Notes: generated by a model from the letters alone, not told the origin. A stretch of 20,000 nucleotides of DNA from an uncultured virus (IMG/VR IMGVR_UViG_3300028414_000637) (IMGVR_UViG_3300028414_000637); one strand, 5' to 3'. Shown: positions 8,066-17,250, counted from the stretch's first letter. Numbers and translations are program-made.

Positions 8066-8963
8066 AGTTTTAGTTACCGGCGGAGCAGGATTTATAGGAA
8101 CAGAGTTGGTAACCCAACTGTTGTCTAATGGGTATTCGGTTACAATACTAGATAAAAAAGATAAGCCCGAGAATATAGATAGTAGGGTAAAATATATTCA
8201 AGGAGATTTACAAAATGCGGCACGTTGTGTTATGGCATGTGCGGGACAAGAGTTTATAATTCATTTAGCCGCAAAGCCTCGTATACCAGAGAGTTTCCTC
8301 AATCCAGATGAATACTTTGATAATAATGTAACAGGTACACGTAATATTCTAACAGCCGCAAGTGCAGTTAGAGTACGTAAATTTGTGTTTGCAGGCAGTA
8401 GTTCAGTATATGGAAATAATCAAACACCCCATAAACCTTATCACAAACCAGACCCACTCAACTACTATGCTATGACTAAGTTGTTTGGCGAACATCTATG
8501 TAAACAATACAAGAATATGTTCGATTTAAATTATAATATTCTACGTTTTTTCACAGTGTATTCAGAGAACCAACCTAATTCTAATACAGGCGGACTGATG
8601 ATAGGTAAATTTGGTAGACTTGCTAACGAAGGAGAGCCGTTAACGGTTCATGGCGACGGAGAATATAAGAGAGATTATATACATGTTTCTGATGTAGCAA
8701 AGGCCTGCATAGCGAGTATTGAATCAAAAGTAAGAAATGAAATATTTAATGTTGGTACAGGTACGAACATATCAGTAAATGGTGTAGTAGATATCATTAA
8801 GAAGTTTAAAGATGTTAAGGTATTACATGAAGCAAATCCAAGAGGATATGCTAGGGATACTCTAGCAGATATAAGTAAAGCAAAGAAGCTATTGGGATGG
8901 GAACCAAAGATAGAACAAGTACAAGGAATAACAAACACATACAAGAGGATATTTAATGAATAA
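8049..8963 (+). CDS. NAD-dependent nucleotide-sugar epimerase/dehydratase
   Basis: VLVTGGAGFIG, HLAA, SSSVYG, YAMTK (YxxxK), RDYIHVSDVA and FNVGTG. Confidence 0.93.
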   Translation: MKLKAKVLVTGGAGFIGTELVTQLLSNGYSVTILDKKDKPENIDSRVKYIQGDLQNAARCVMACAGQEFIIHLAAKPRIPESFLNPDEYFDNNVTGTRNILTAASAVRVRKFVFAGSSSVYGNNQTPHKPYHKPDPLNYYAMTKLFGEHLCKQYKNMFDLNYNILRFFTVYSENQPNSNTGGLMIGKFGRLANEGEPLTVHGDGEYKRDYIHVSDVAKACIASIESKVRNEIFNVGTGTNISVNGVVDIIKKFKDVKVLHEANPRGYARDTLADISKAKKLLGWEPKIEQVQGITNTYKRIFNE

Positions 8964-9279
8964 ACAGATTGAACCTATTAGAGAAAAACTAGATGAAAAG
9001 ATTAAACAACTTAACTCTAGTAGGGTATTTAAAAAGGTCACACCTAAATATGATTTATCTTGGTATGTAAAATGGGCCGCATCAGTATTGATATTGGTTG
9101 CTACCTGTGCCAGAGCAACAGGTACTATACCACAGGTAGATTTGTGGTTCGGATTGTTTGGGACGATGGGTTGGTTTTGGGTAGGAATGTTATGGCACGA
9201 TAGAGCATTGATAATGCTTAATGGTGTTCTTGTTACTTTAATTTTTTCCGGCCTCTTAAACTTCTATTTCGGAGCCTAG
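8956..9279 (+). CDS. Small membrane protein (DUF6552-like)
   Basis: DLSWYVKW and GW.WVGMLWHDRALI.LN motifs, with three hydrophobic helices. Confidence 0.65.
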   Translation: MNKQIEPIREKLDEKIKQLNSSRVFKKVTPKYDLSWYVKWAASVLILVATCARATGTIPQVDLWFGLFGTMGWFWVGMLWHDRALIMLNGVLVTLIFSGLLNFYFGA

Positions 9280-9280
9280 T

Positions 9281-10156
9281 TTGTTAAGAAAGGCATATAT
9301 TCCACCTGGAGCAGGTATGAACTTCATAGCATTCCATTGCCTACATCTTGCTGATATCAATAAAATTATTAATTACAAATCGCATGTAAATGAATATTCC
9401 TGTGATTTTCAAAAATCTACATTATGGCCTTGGGATATCACACGGGAAATTAATGAATTTGAAATGTTATATCCTGATATAGTCTCTAGTCTGAAAAGTT
9501 TTAGAAATAAAATGTCTAAAGAACAATTCATCAAACTTGCCTTAAAACATAGAATAACAGCCGCTGGGATACGTGTTATACAAAAGAAATATTATTGGCT
9601 ACCTATACATGATTACTCTATATTTTACTTGAGTTTTTATGGCAAAGATCCAGAATTTGATTTATATTTAGATGAACTTATGTCTCTTTGTTGGAAGATA
9701 CACAGTGACGCAGGAGAGAGTCTTATATCTCTTACTCATTATGAGTTACCTAGAAATAATTATAACGTAGATACTATGCAAATTGATATCGAAGACTGCG
9801 AAGAATTTGTGTCTAATTTACTTTACGTGAAGCATTTAACACCAGCTAATAAAGACGAACCATTGCCTGAACTATCTACGGAACCTCGTAAGTTTATTAG
9901 ACATGAAAAATCTAATGTAGATATCACTATAAGTTATAGAAAAATATTTATGGAGCAAAATGTAAAAGAACTAAGGAGGCTATATGACTTTTTTGGAATT
10001 GAAAACCATTTCCATAATAATGTAACTGAAATTGTAAAAGCATTTAGAGAATATAATCTTACAAATTTAAATTTAATTAGTTCTTTTGATTTTTCATCAG
10101 CACCTGGTTATGATAAAACTTTTATTCACGCTTGGGCAGAAAGGCATAAAAAATGA
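9281..10156 (+). CDS. Paralogue 1 of a tandem sulfotransferase-like/P-loop-like family
   Basis: TTG start with GGAG RBS. N-terminal YIPPGAGMNF; C-terminal ISYRKIF..ELRRLYDFF..F......AFREY..N. Confidence 0.55.
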   Translation: MLRKAYIPPGAGMNFIAFHCLHLADINKIINYKSHVNEYSCDFQKSTLWPWDITREINEFEMLYPDIVSSLKSFRNKMSKEQFIKLALKHRITAAGIRVIQKKYYWLPIHDYSIFYLSFYGKDPEFDLYLDELMSLCWKIHSDAGESLISLTHYELPRNNYNVDTMQIDIEDCEEFVSNLLYVKHLTPANKDEPLPELSTEPRKFIRHEKSNVDITISYRKIFMEQNVKELRRLYDFFGIENHFHNNVTEIVKAFREYNLTNLNLISSFDFSSAPGYDKTFIHAWAERHKK

Positions 10157-11079
10157 GAAGTTTAAAAGAGTTATATATACCATCAAATGTAGATAAATTT
10201 TTATCACATATGGCATTGTATTGTGAGCCAACTGGTACACTATTTAGGAATGCGATTGGCAAGAATAATCAATATAATACTCCTACAGAACTTTCGCCTT
10301 TTATTTTTAATGATGATGTTATTAAAAGAAAAATTAAATATGCTGAGTCACTGCCCGGTAAAAATTGTCCAATGTGTAATTATAATTTGCAATCATCTTA
10401 CGATTGGTGGTATAGGTCAGATACATGGCACATAGATAAAGTAAGACACGAATATCCGAATGCATGGGGACATTCTCAATCATTCTTATCAGGTAAAAAA
10501 GTTGATATTGCTGAATTTGTTGAAAGGCACCGAGATAAATTTAACAGTGATAAACGTGAATTGCTATTGCAAAAATCTTGGGATGAAATAGGACTATATG
10601 ATGTATCTTACTATCTTATTCCATTACTTGGATTTGAGGAAGAGATTGATAGATGGCTGACCCTTTGTATGAAACTAAGATATCAAATTATGATGAAGTC
10701 TGGTATAGATGTAAAGAATATTACTTATGTGCATCCGGCCCACCATTTCACTAAATTAGTAAAGCCAGCTGGAATCGATATGAAAACATTGGCTATTTCA
10801 ATTTCTAAAGATGCGACATTGGTAAATGAGATAAATTCTATGAACAATACTAACGATTTAAATTTTATGAAGTCTTGTGATGATGCAAATGTAAACTTAT
10901 CTGATGACTCTATAGATTTTAGAGATATATTTATTGATATTAAACCTGATGCGATTAGAGAAGTATATAAGTTTTTTGAAAATGAACATGTATTTGATAG
11001 TAAACCAAGTTACATAGCCAGTAAGTTTAAATCATACCATGAAATTAATTTAGGATTATTAGAAGATGCTAAAATCTGA
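10153..11079 (+). CDS. Paralogue 2 of the same family (degenerate N-terminal loop)
   Basis: C-terminal IDFRDIF..AIREVYKFF..F......KFKSYH..N aligns with both neighbours. It also carries a CPMC insertion. Confidence 0.55.
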   Translation: MRSLKELYIPSNVDKFLSHMALYCEPTGTLFRNAIGKNNQYNTPTELSPFIFNDDVIKRKIKYAESLPGKNCPMCNYNLQSSYDWWYRSDTWHIDKVRHEYPNAWGHSQSFLSGKKVDIAEFVERHRDKFNSDKRELLLQKSWDEIGLYDVSYYLIPLLGFEEEIDRWLTLCMKLRYQIMMKSGIDVKNITYVHPAHHFTKLVKPAGIDMKTLAISISKDATLVNEINSMNNTNDLNFMKSCDDANVNLSDDSIDFRDIFIDIKPDAIREVYKFFENEHVFDSKPSYIASKFKSYHEINLGLLEDAKI

Positions 11080-12118
11080 TAAACTAAAATTGTTAATTGT
11101 GGCACCAGGTGCGGGCAGTAACTTTCTAGGTATGAGATTGGGACTAAATGTAGCAGGTCATGTTAATCCTGATAAAATGCATGAATTCTTTTCGAACAGA
11201 GAATGCAGTAGTATATCTGATAAGGTAAGAGAACATTTCGGTATAGAAAATATAGGCGATAATATATGGGGAACAAATTACACTGAAAATGACCCAGAGA
11301 ATTTCGATAGCTATATGGAACATACATTCCCAAAAGCTATGAAAATCTGTAATAGATTTGATACTAGTAACGTTTATTCTGATATAAAGTACATAAATAA
11401 TTTGTTGGCTAGATTTGATAAAGTTAATAACGTGCATACTGACAAAGTATTAAACAATGCGATGATACATTCTTTAGAAAAGTTGCAATGGCACAAGTAC
11501 ACTCCTTTATATAGGGAACCTATTTATTGGCTGAGTAGTTTAGAAGCCTCAATGAATGAATATTATAATAGTCAAAAAGACTTACCAAAGTCTCATCTTA
11601 ACAGACAGCCTATTGACACACCACAGTGGAAAAATGTATATAAGTTTATACAAGAATTCAATACTATCGCTTTCGAATGTCATAAATTAGAGGATGAAAC
11701 ACTTCATTCAATAGAACACTATCTGCCTTTGGCTATAAATACACGTGATAAACTATCAGATATAGCTAATATATGCGTTGTACATACAGAACAAAGTGTA
11801 TGTAGTTTTGTAACAGATATATTAAATTTGAAACATATGCGGGAAACCATTTTAAATAACCAAAAAACTATAGCGTACATGTTGCCTTCAAATGATGATG
11901 AATGCAAACATGCTGATAATGTAGTAAGCTATAGAAAGATGTTTTATGATAATGACCCAACAGAGATACGTAAGCTATTTGTATTTTTTGATAAAGGAGA
12001 ATACTTTGATAAAAATAGAGAAACAGAAATAAAAGCATTTAAAGATTATCATTTGGGTAATGTAGATTTTTATGTAAATAATTGGTTAGATAACAGCGAG
12101 GAAATACATGCAACTTGA
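11066..12118 (+). CDS. Paralogue 3 of the same family
   Basis: N-terminal VAPGAGSNFL; C-terminal VSYRKMF..EIRKLFVFF..F......AFKDYH..N. Confidence 0.55.
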   Translation: MLKSDKLKLLIVAPGAGSNFLGMRLGLNVAGHVNPDKMHEFFSNRECSSISDKVREHFGIENIGDNIWGTNYTENDPENFDSYMEHTFPKAMKICNRFDTSNVYSDIKYINNLLARFDKVNNVHTDKVLNNAMIHSLEKLQWHKYTPLYREPIYWLSSLEASMNEYYNSQKDLPKSHLNRQPIDTPQWKNVYKFIQEFNTIAFECHKLEDETLHSIEHYLPLAINTRDKLSDIANICVVHTEQSVCSFVTDILNLKHMRETILNNQKTIAYMLPSNDDECKHADNVVSYRKMFYDNDPTEIRKLFVFFDKGEYFDKNRETEIKAFKDYHLGNVDFYVNNWLDNSEEIHAT

Positions 12119-12623
12119 GTTGATTAGTGAAACAGATAAAAGATTAAGACAAACTTGTGTTAAACATGAAATAGATGCGGCGACTGAAGGCCTAGTATAT
12201 GATATGATTGCAAAAATGCAAGAACACGATGGTATAGGATTAGCGGCACCACAGTTAGGTGTTATGGAACAATTATTTGTTATAGGACACAAAGATGTTG
12301 GTTTTGTTGTTTGTATAAACCCAACATGGGCACCAACAACAGAAGCAAAATTAGAATCATTCCAAGAAGGCTGTTTAAGTTTTCCACATCTAGCACTAAC
12401 AATAGAACGATACAATCAGGTACATTGTACATTCACTAATCTAAAAGGTGAAACAAAGACACAGTTATTTAATGGCGTATGGGCCCAAGCAATACAACAT
12501 GAACATGACCACTTGATGGGCATAACATTTGATAAAAGAGCAAAGACAAGCCAATTAAGTAGAGCCCAGGCAGTTCGTAGAGAAAAAATAAAAAGAATTA
12601 AGAAAAAGAACAAGGACAAGTGA
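12108..12623 (+). CDS. def: Peptide deformylase
   Basis: All three signature motifs are present: GIGLAAPQ, EGCLS and QHEHDHL. Confidence 0.96.
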   Translation: MQLELISETDKRLRQTCVKHEIDAATEGLVYDMIAKMQEHDGIGLAAPQLGVMEQLFVIGHKDVGFVVCINPTWAPTTEAKLESFQEGCLSFPHLALTIERYNQVHCTFTNLKGETKTQLFNGVWAQAIQHEHDHLMGITFDKRAKTSQLSRAQAVRREKIKRIKKKNKDK

Positions 12624-13549
12624 TGGATTATTCTAACTATACATTATTAAGTTTAGGATGTAGTTTTACATTTGGTCAGGGTACTATTGCTGATTATACA
12701 GGTGGTCCAGAAGAAAGAGAAGTTTGGCGCAATGCATGTAATGAACTTTCTTATACTTCACATGTTGGTAAACGTTTAAAGTTTAGAAAAGTTGTTAACT
12801 TAGGTACACCTGCAGGCAGTAATGAACTTGCATTACTTAATATGAATACTTGGTTAGACAAAAACAAAGGCGAGAATGTTTTTATATTATTCAGTTTAGC
12901 TGATCCACAAAGAGAAATATTCTTTAAAAAAGTAAAAGATTATGGCGATAAGAGACTTAATGTTGATTCGTTAGAAGTTTTTAATGCATCGCACCCACAT
13001 AATATTTCACCAAAAGCAATAGAGAGTTTTTACACAGAAATTAATACTGAGATTAATATGACATTCAAAAACTGGCTATTTAGAAAGCATTTAAGTTCAG
13101 TATTGAAGTATAGAAACTTACCACACTTAGTATTTCACTCATTTGATCCTATGGATATTAGAGTTAATAAACTAAAAAACAAATTTAGATTAGCACAAGG
13201 ATCAACACATTGGCATAGTTTAGACATTATACCAGACTTTAGAGAGTGGATGAAAAGAATAGAAGATGAACCTACATTTGCTAACTACCTAAGTATTAAT
13301 CACATTAATGCTCTTAGTAAAGATGTATTTGGAAAAGCAATACATAATAGGTCCATATACTCAATATCAGATTACTTACATAGTGTATGTAAGACACACA
13401 AAGATGCATTTTTTACAGGTGTAGGCGACAACAAAGATAAGTATGCAGTAAGAGAGCATATGTCATGGCATGACGGTACGCATTATAATGCTACCGCTCA
13501 GAGAATATTGGGACAGTTATTGGTCTCAGAAATGCACAAAACTAACTAA
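12620..13549 (+). CDS. SGNH/GDSL-like protein
   Basis: LGCSFTFGQG, NLG..AGSN and C-terminal DGTHYN...Q..LG (DxxH). Confidence 0.65.
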   Translation: MMDYSNYTLLSLGCSFTFGQGTIADYTGGPEEREVWRNACNELSYTSHVGKRLKFRKVVNLGTPAGSNELALLNMNTWLDKNKGENVFILFSLADPQREIFFKKVKDYGDKRLNVDSLEVFNASHPHNISPKAIESFYTEINTEINMTFKNWLFRKHLSSVLKYRNLPHLVFHSFDPMDIRVNKLKNKFRLAQGSTHWHSLDIIPDFREWMKRIEDEPTFANYLSINHINALSKDVFGKAIHNRSIYSISDYLHSVCKTHKDAFFTGVGDNKDKYAVREHMSWHDGTHYNATAQRILGQLLVSEMHKTN

Positions 13550-13606
13550 AAATCAACTAAATACAATAGGGTATTATGTCAATACTCTTAAAATAAGGAG
13601 ATTAAT

Positions 13607-13768
13607 ATGATGAAATGGATAAAAGATAGAACAAAAGAAAGAACATCATGGGACGGTGCAGTATGTATCGGACTAGGATTAATGATTCTATTCATGGCAC
13701 CATTAGCCAAGATTGCGGCAGGTATTGCTGTAGCTTGGGGTGTTTGGACAATCTGGAAATCAGAGTAA
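13607..13768 (+). CDS. 53-aa two-helix membrane protein (KERTSWDG motif)
   Basis: MMKWIKDRTKERTSWDGAVCIGLGLMILFMAPLAKIAAGIAVAWGVWTIWKSE. Strong TAAGGAG RBS and CTAAATA at 13557-13563. Too short to appear in the ORF track. Confidence 0.8.
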   Translation: MMKWIKDRTKERTSWDGAVCIGLGLMILFMAPLAKIAAGIAVAWGVWTIWKSE

Positions 13769-13785
13769 GATTGTGAACTTCTTGT

Positions 13786-13998
13786 ATGACACCTAGTTTT
13801 CGAAAAGAAGCATATCGAAGATTTTGGCTTGTAAAAGGCCATTTAGGTTGTCATACATGGCAAGATAAAGAAATAATAGCTATGCACGATAGCTATTTTA
13901 GAAGATTATGGAATAACGAATCCCAATGTTTAGAAGAATATGAAGAAGGATTTGAGAAAGCGTATGAGGAATTAATTGGAAAATACAGTCCCACCTAG
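13786..13998 (+). CDS. Hypothetical protein
   Basis: 70-aa ORF in the operon direction. Confidence 0.65.
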   Translation: MTPSFRKEAYRRFWLVKGHLGCHTWQDKEIIAMHDSYFRRLWNNESQCLEEYEEGFEKAYEELIGKYSPT

Positions 13999-14215
13999 AT
14001 TAATACTTTTGTCTGAGTTTTTAGACCAGAGCAAAAGAAAAGAAGATGAAATTCACTTTTATGAAAAGGAACTCAAAAAGATTGAAGAAAAACTATATTG
14101 GCTACGTAGAGAAAAAAATCTAACAGAAACGATTATTAATATAATCACTCAGGAAAAAGTTGTCGATATTAAAGAAGAAATGGAAAAAAGATATATATCA
14201 GAAAAAGAAGAATAG
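13976..14215 (+). CDS. Hypothetical coiled-coil protein
   Basis: TTG start after GAGGA; charged heptad-like sequence. Confidence 0.65.
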   Translation: MENTVPPRLILLSEFLDQSKRKEDEIHFYEKELKKIEEKLYWLRREKNLTETIINIITQEKVVDIKEEMEKRYISEKEE

Positions 14216-14258
14216 AAACTGATATAGATAAATAAACAGGAAAGAAAAAGGCGAAGTT

Positions 14259-14636
14259 ATGGATTTATTTTTATTTTACCTTGCAGTAAGTTTAATCATT
14301 ACTTCGGGACTAATCATATATTTTAGGGAGCATTTACGAAAACAAATAGGTTGGTATTTACTGGGAATGGTTGCATTCATGGTAGTTACAAACTGGGATG
14401 AATATTGGTGGATGCTGTTTTTTAGTTTTGTTGTTTTTTTAAAAACTCCACCTTTTAGCATTGAAGACAAACTTATGGATAAAGCAAGTAGGTCTGATAA
14501 CAAAGTTAAAAGATGGTCAGGAAGACAACATTGGACAGTGAAAACTGTCTTGTACATTATGGCTTGCGGGATAATGAGTGCCTTAATTACTTGGTTGAAA
14601 AATGATGGTTATTTTCATTTTTTCTTCTTTGGGTAG
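14259..14636 (+). CDS. Hypothetical membrane protein
   Basis: 125 aa with 3-4 hydrophobic segments; ATAAATA at 14228-14234. Confidence 0.65.
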   Translation: MDLFLFYLAVSLIITSGLIIYFREHLRKQIGWYLLGMVAFMVVTNWDEYWWMLFFSFVVFLKTPPFSIEDKLMDKASRSDNKVKRWSGRQHWTVKTVLYIMACGIMSALITWLKNDGYFHFFFFG

Positions 14637-14665
14637 TTGACACTGGAATTTACTTGTGCTATAAT
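14637..14665 (+). promoter_or_regulatory. Perfect-consensus sigma70 promoter with extended -10
   Basis: TTGACA (14637-14642), 17 bp, TATAAT (14660-14665), with TG at 14657-14658. Confidence 0.85.
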
Positions 14666-14672
14666 ACAACTT

Positions 14673-14702
14673 ATGTTACCCGAGTTGGGTAGCATTTTTT
14701 TT
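14673..14702 (+). terminator. Terminator-like hairpin in the leader of the exported protein gene
   Basis: ATGTTACCC-GAGTT-GGGTAGCAT running into an 8-T tract (14695-14702), immediately before the AAGGAGG RBS. Confidence 0.55.
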
Positions 14703-14716
14703 AAGGAGGACTACTT

Positions 14717-15073
14717 ATGAAAAAAGTAACACTAACAGGTCTGCTAGTTGCGGCCTTATTTACAACATCAGCGATGGCTGAAGGAACGTCTGTATCAGAC
14801 GATATGACGTTTTCTCTATCACTTGAAAGAGCGATTGAGGCAAATACACAAAACGGTGAGTTTTCAGTAGCAAAACCACTATTTGGTATCACTGCATCTT
14901 ACGGTGCAAAATGGGACATCGATGCTGATGGAAAAGATTTTTTAGATTTGAACAAGCAAATGTTAAACTTTTCATTCCCGCTACAAGATAATGTAACAAT
15001 TTATCTTAAAAATGATTTGAACGATTCATTCGAAAGAACTGAATCAGTAATCGGAACATCAATTACATTTTAA
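14717..15073 (+). CDS. Exported small beta-strand protein, outer-membrane-protein-like
   Basis: Signal peptide MKKVTLTGLLVAALFTTSAMA, alternating beta-strand pattern and C-terminal aromatic residue (VIGTSITF). Confidence 0.65.
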   Translation: MKKVTLTGLLVAALFTTSAMAEGTSVSDDMTFSLSLERAIEANTQNGEFSVAKPLFGITASYGAKWDIDADGKDFLDLNKQMLNFSFPLQDNVTIYLKNDLNDSFERTESVIGTSITF

Positions 15074-15081
15074 TTAATGTA

Positions 15082-15112
15082 TTGACTTATATACGTTTAT
15101 CGTGTATAAATA
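15082..15112 (+). promoter_or_regulatory. tmRNA promoter (sigma70 overlapping T4-late TATAAATA)
   Basis: TTGACT (15082-15087), 17 bp, TATAAA(TA) (15105-15112). Confidence 0.7.
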
Positions 15113-15116
15113 ATAT

Positions 15117-15402
15117 TGTAGACGTTGAAGCAACGTAGACGTATTCTGGACTGGGGGGCAGTACCCCACAGCTCCACCATAATTACTTTGTAGCGTAAAA
15201 ACTACAAATTTACGGCATAGAGTAATTATGATGGGGCTGAACTAGGATCGACAGGTGCGAAAGTGAAGTGGAGTTTACCGGATGACTGCGTTATTGGTCA
15301 AAAACTATAATTGCAAACGCAAATTATGAGCCAGAAATGGCATTAGCGGCTTAGTTTTAAGCACGTAGGGGTTGATGGCTTACCTGGCAACAGAAAAGTC
15401 AT
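15117..15402 (+). ncRNA. ssrA: Circularly permuted two-piece tmRNA (alphaproteobacterial type)
   Basis: The acceptor piece ends in a T-arm plus CAGCTCC-A-CCA (to 15179). The intervening segment is 15180-15232. The coding piece starts GGGGCTG at 15233, giving a G3.U alanine identity pair. Tag frame 15313-15354 encodes ANANYEPEMALAA*. The 3' end has ACCTGGCAACAGAA. Confidence 0.93.
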
Positions 15403-15432
15403 ATTTTAATTTGGGGTTAATAAAGAAAATAT

Positions 15433-15771
15433 ATGGCATACGTAGTAAACGAGAATTGTATTAAATGTAAATATACTGATTGTGTTGAAGTTTGCCCAGT
15501 AGATTGTTTTTACGTTGGCGAAGATATGTTAGTAATTAACCCAGACGAATGCATTGACTGTGGTGTGTGCGAACCAGAGTGTCCAGCAGATGCAATCATT
15601 CCAGATACATCGCCATTGTTCACGCAACGGTTGTATGATATAAATGAGAAATGGTCACAGCAATGGCCTGTCATTACAGAGAGAGAAGACCCTCTTCCAG
15701 ATGCAGACTCACTAAACCCTGCAATGGGATATACAGGAGATAAGACAAAGTTGTTAGACGATTATGACTGA
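15433..15771 (+). CDS. fdxA: 7Fe ([3Fe-4S][4Fe-4S]) ferredoxin, FdxA family
   Basis: [47 protein letters not shown]. Confidence 0.93.
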   Translation: MAYVVNENCIKCKYTDCVEVCPVDCFYVGEDMLVINPDECIDCGVCEPECPADAIIPDTSPLFTQRLYDINEKWSQQWPVITEREDPLPDADSLNPAMGYTGDKTKLLDDYD

Positions 15772-16711
15772 TAACGAAAGTCTTTGGAAAGAAGCACCTA
15801 ATTGGTCCCACAGACACCTAACTTCATACGAACATTATCTAACTGTAACTAAACGTGCAGATGCAGAGTCAGGGCAAAAGACCTGGATATATCGAGGCAC
15901 AATAAAAGATATATGGATAAATCTTTTTGGATTTGATGATGATGGCATTCGCCGTAATATACATGGCAGTATTGTACATGTAATAGATGAATTATTTTCT
16001 AATAGTAATAAAGTTTGGAGCAATGAAGATTGGCTTAACACTGAACATTCACGTGATGATTTGTTAACCAAACCAAATGCGTTTTATCACATATTAGAAG
16101 AATTAAGAAATGGCCAAAAAATATATGACCCTTTAAATTTAGTTTGGTTTCCTGATTGGTATATGCCCGGTATAGTGGCGGAACAGAAACCTACAAGACC
16201 CATAACTCAATTTGAACCTACATTTAATACCGGCATTGCAAAAACAAGATGGAAAGCCCATATAGAACAAATGCAACAAGAATGTTTTAGTCATTTAACA
16301 GTACGTGGCAGATGGCAATTACATCCTGGTAACACAAGAATGCAATTAGCAAATGTATATGAAGGCAAAGTAAACGCAATCATAACAGATTATTCAAATG
16401 GTTATATAAAATCATTTTATCCAATGGTTGATGAAATGCATTTACATAAATTTGATGTTACAGGGAGAAAATTATCACTGGGCTATACAGGTAATGATGA
16501 TTTTAGTCCACGCTCAGTCACTAGAACATTATCTCCTAAAAATACAAGGGCTAAATATAGAGAAGTACAGGGAGCCGCTATAACAGTAAACTTAGCTAAA
16601 CCTACTACTTATATGCCACCTCGTTGTTATGAAAAGGTAGGCAATGAAGTAAAAGTAAACGGTAGCACAGTACTCAGAAATAATAATGGATTTTGGGAGT
16701 TAGTATTATGA
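15764..16711 (+). CDS. Hypothetical protein
   Basis: 315-aa ORF overlapping both neighbours. [10 protein letters not shown] motif weakly recalls ParB/Srx-like folds. Confidence 0.65.
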   Translation: MTDNESLWKEAPNWSHRHLTSYEHYLTVTKRADAESGQKTWIYRGTIKDIWINLFGFDDDGIRRNIHGSIVHVIDELFSNSNKVWSNEDWLNTEHSRDDLLTKPNAFYHILEELRNGQKIYDPLNLVWFPDWYMPGIVAEQKPTRPITQFEPTFNTGIAKTRWKAHIEQMQQECFSHLTVRGRWQLHPGNTRMQLANVYEGKVNAIITDYSNGYIKSFYPMVDEMHLHKFDVTGRKLSLGYTGNDDFSPRSVTRTLSPKNTRAKYREVQGAAITVNLAKPTTYMPPRCYEKVGNEVKVNGSTVLRNNNGFWELVL

Positions 16712-17250
16712 TAATAACTAAAAAAGATTATGGTTATCCTGTTTGGGTAGTGGAAGATGTATTCAAATTAGGTCTTGAGGATGCAGTATTAAAACAGTCT
16801 AATGATTTGCCATTTATTCCAATGGAAGGCAAACGTACAGACAAGACGGGCAAGAGAAACTGGATGAACCAGTCAAGTCATTCGTCTTTCCTAGAAGTTT
16901 GTGAATATTTTGACAGTAGACTTATGAAAGAAAAGTTTAGTGAAATTTGTGAAAAAGACTTTACAAATTTAGGCACACGAATCGAACTATGCAAAGATGC
17001 AAAAGGAAGTTGGTTACATAATCATTTTGATGATAAAGCAAAACTATTTACTTTACAGATATACCTATCAGACACAGACACAAGTACAAGTTTCATGAAA
17101 ACAAATACTCCTGCTAGAAAGAATTCTGGTTGGTTCTTTGCAAATACTGGAACAGAACTACATGGATTGAAGCCTTTGCTAAACAACAGAGTAAGTATTA
17201 TTGTAAACTATTGTGATGAAACCTGGAGAGATAGGACAGTAATCGTATGA
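16708..17250 (+). CDS. 2OG-Fe(II) oxygenase-like protein
   Basis: WLHNHFDD (HxD), LQIYL, LHG and RVS..VNY. The start is placed at the ATGA overlap (16708). Confidence 0.75.
   Translation: MIITKKDYGYPVWVVEDVFKLGLEDAVLKQSNDLPFIPMEGKRTDKTGKRNWMNQSSHSSFLEVCEYFDSRLMKEKFSEICEKDFTNLGTRIELCKDAKGSWLHNHFDDKAKLFTLQIYLSDTDTSTSFMKTNTPARKNSGWFFANTGTELHGLKPLLNNRVSIIVNYCDETWRDRTVIV

Noticed and set aside
15149..15179. Stand-alone tRNA
   Set aside because: Only a T-arm and acceptor 3' strand are present; these are explained by the permuted tmRNA.
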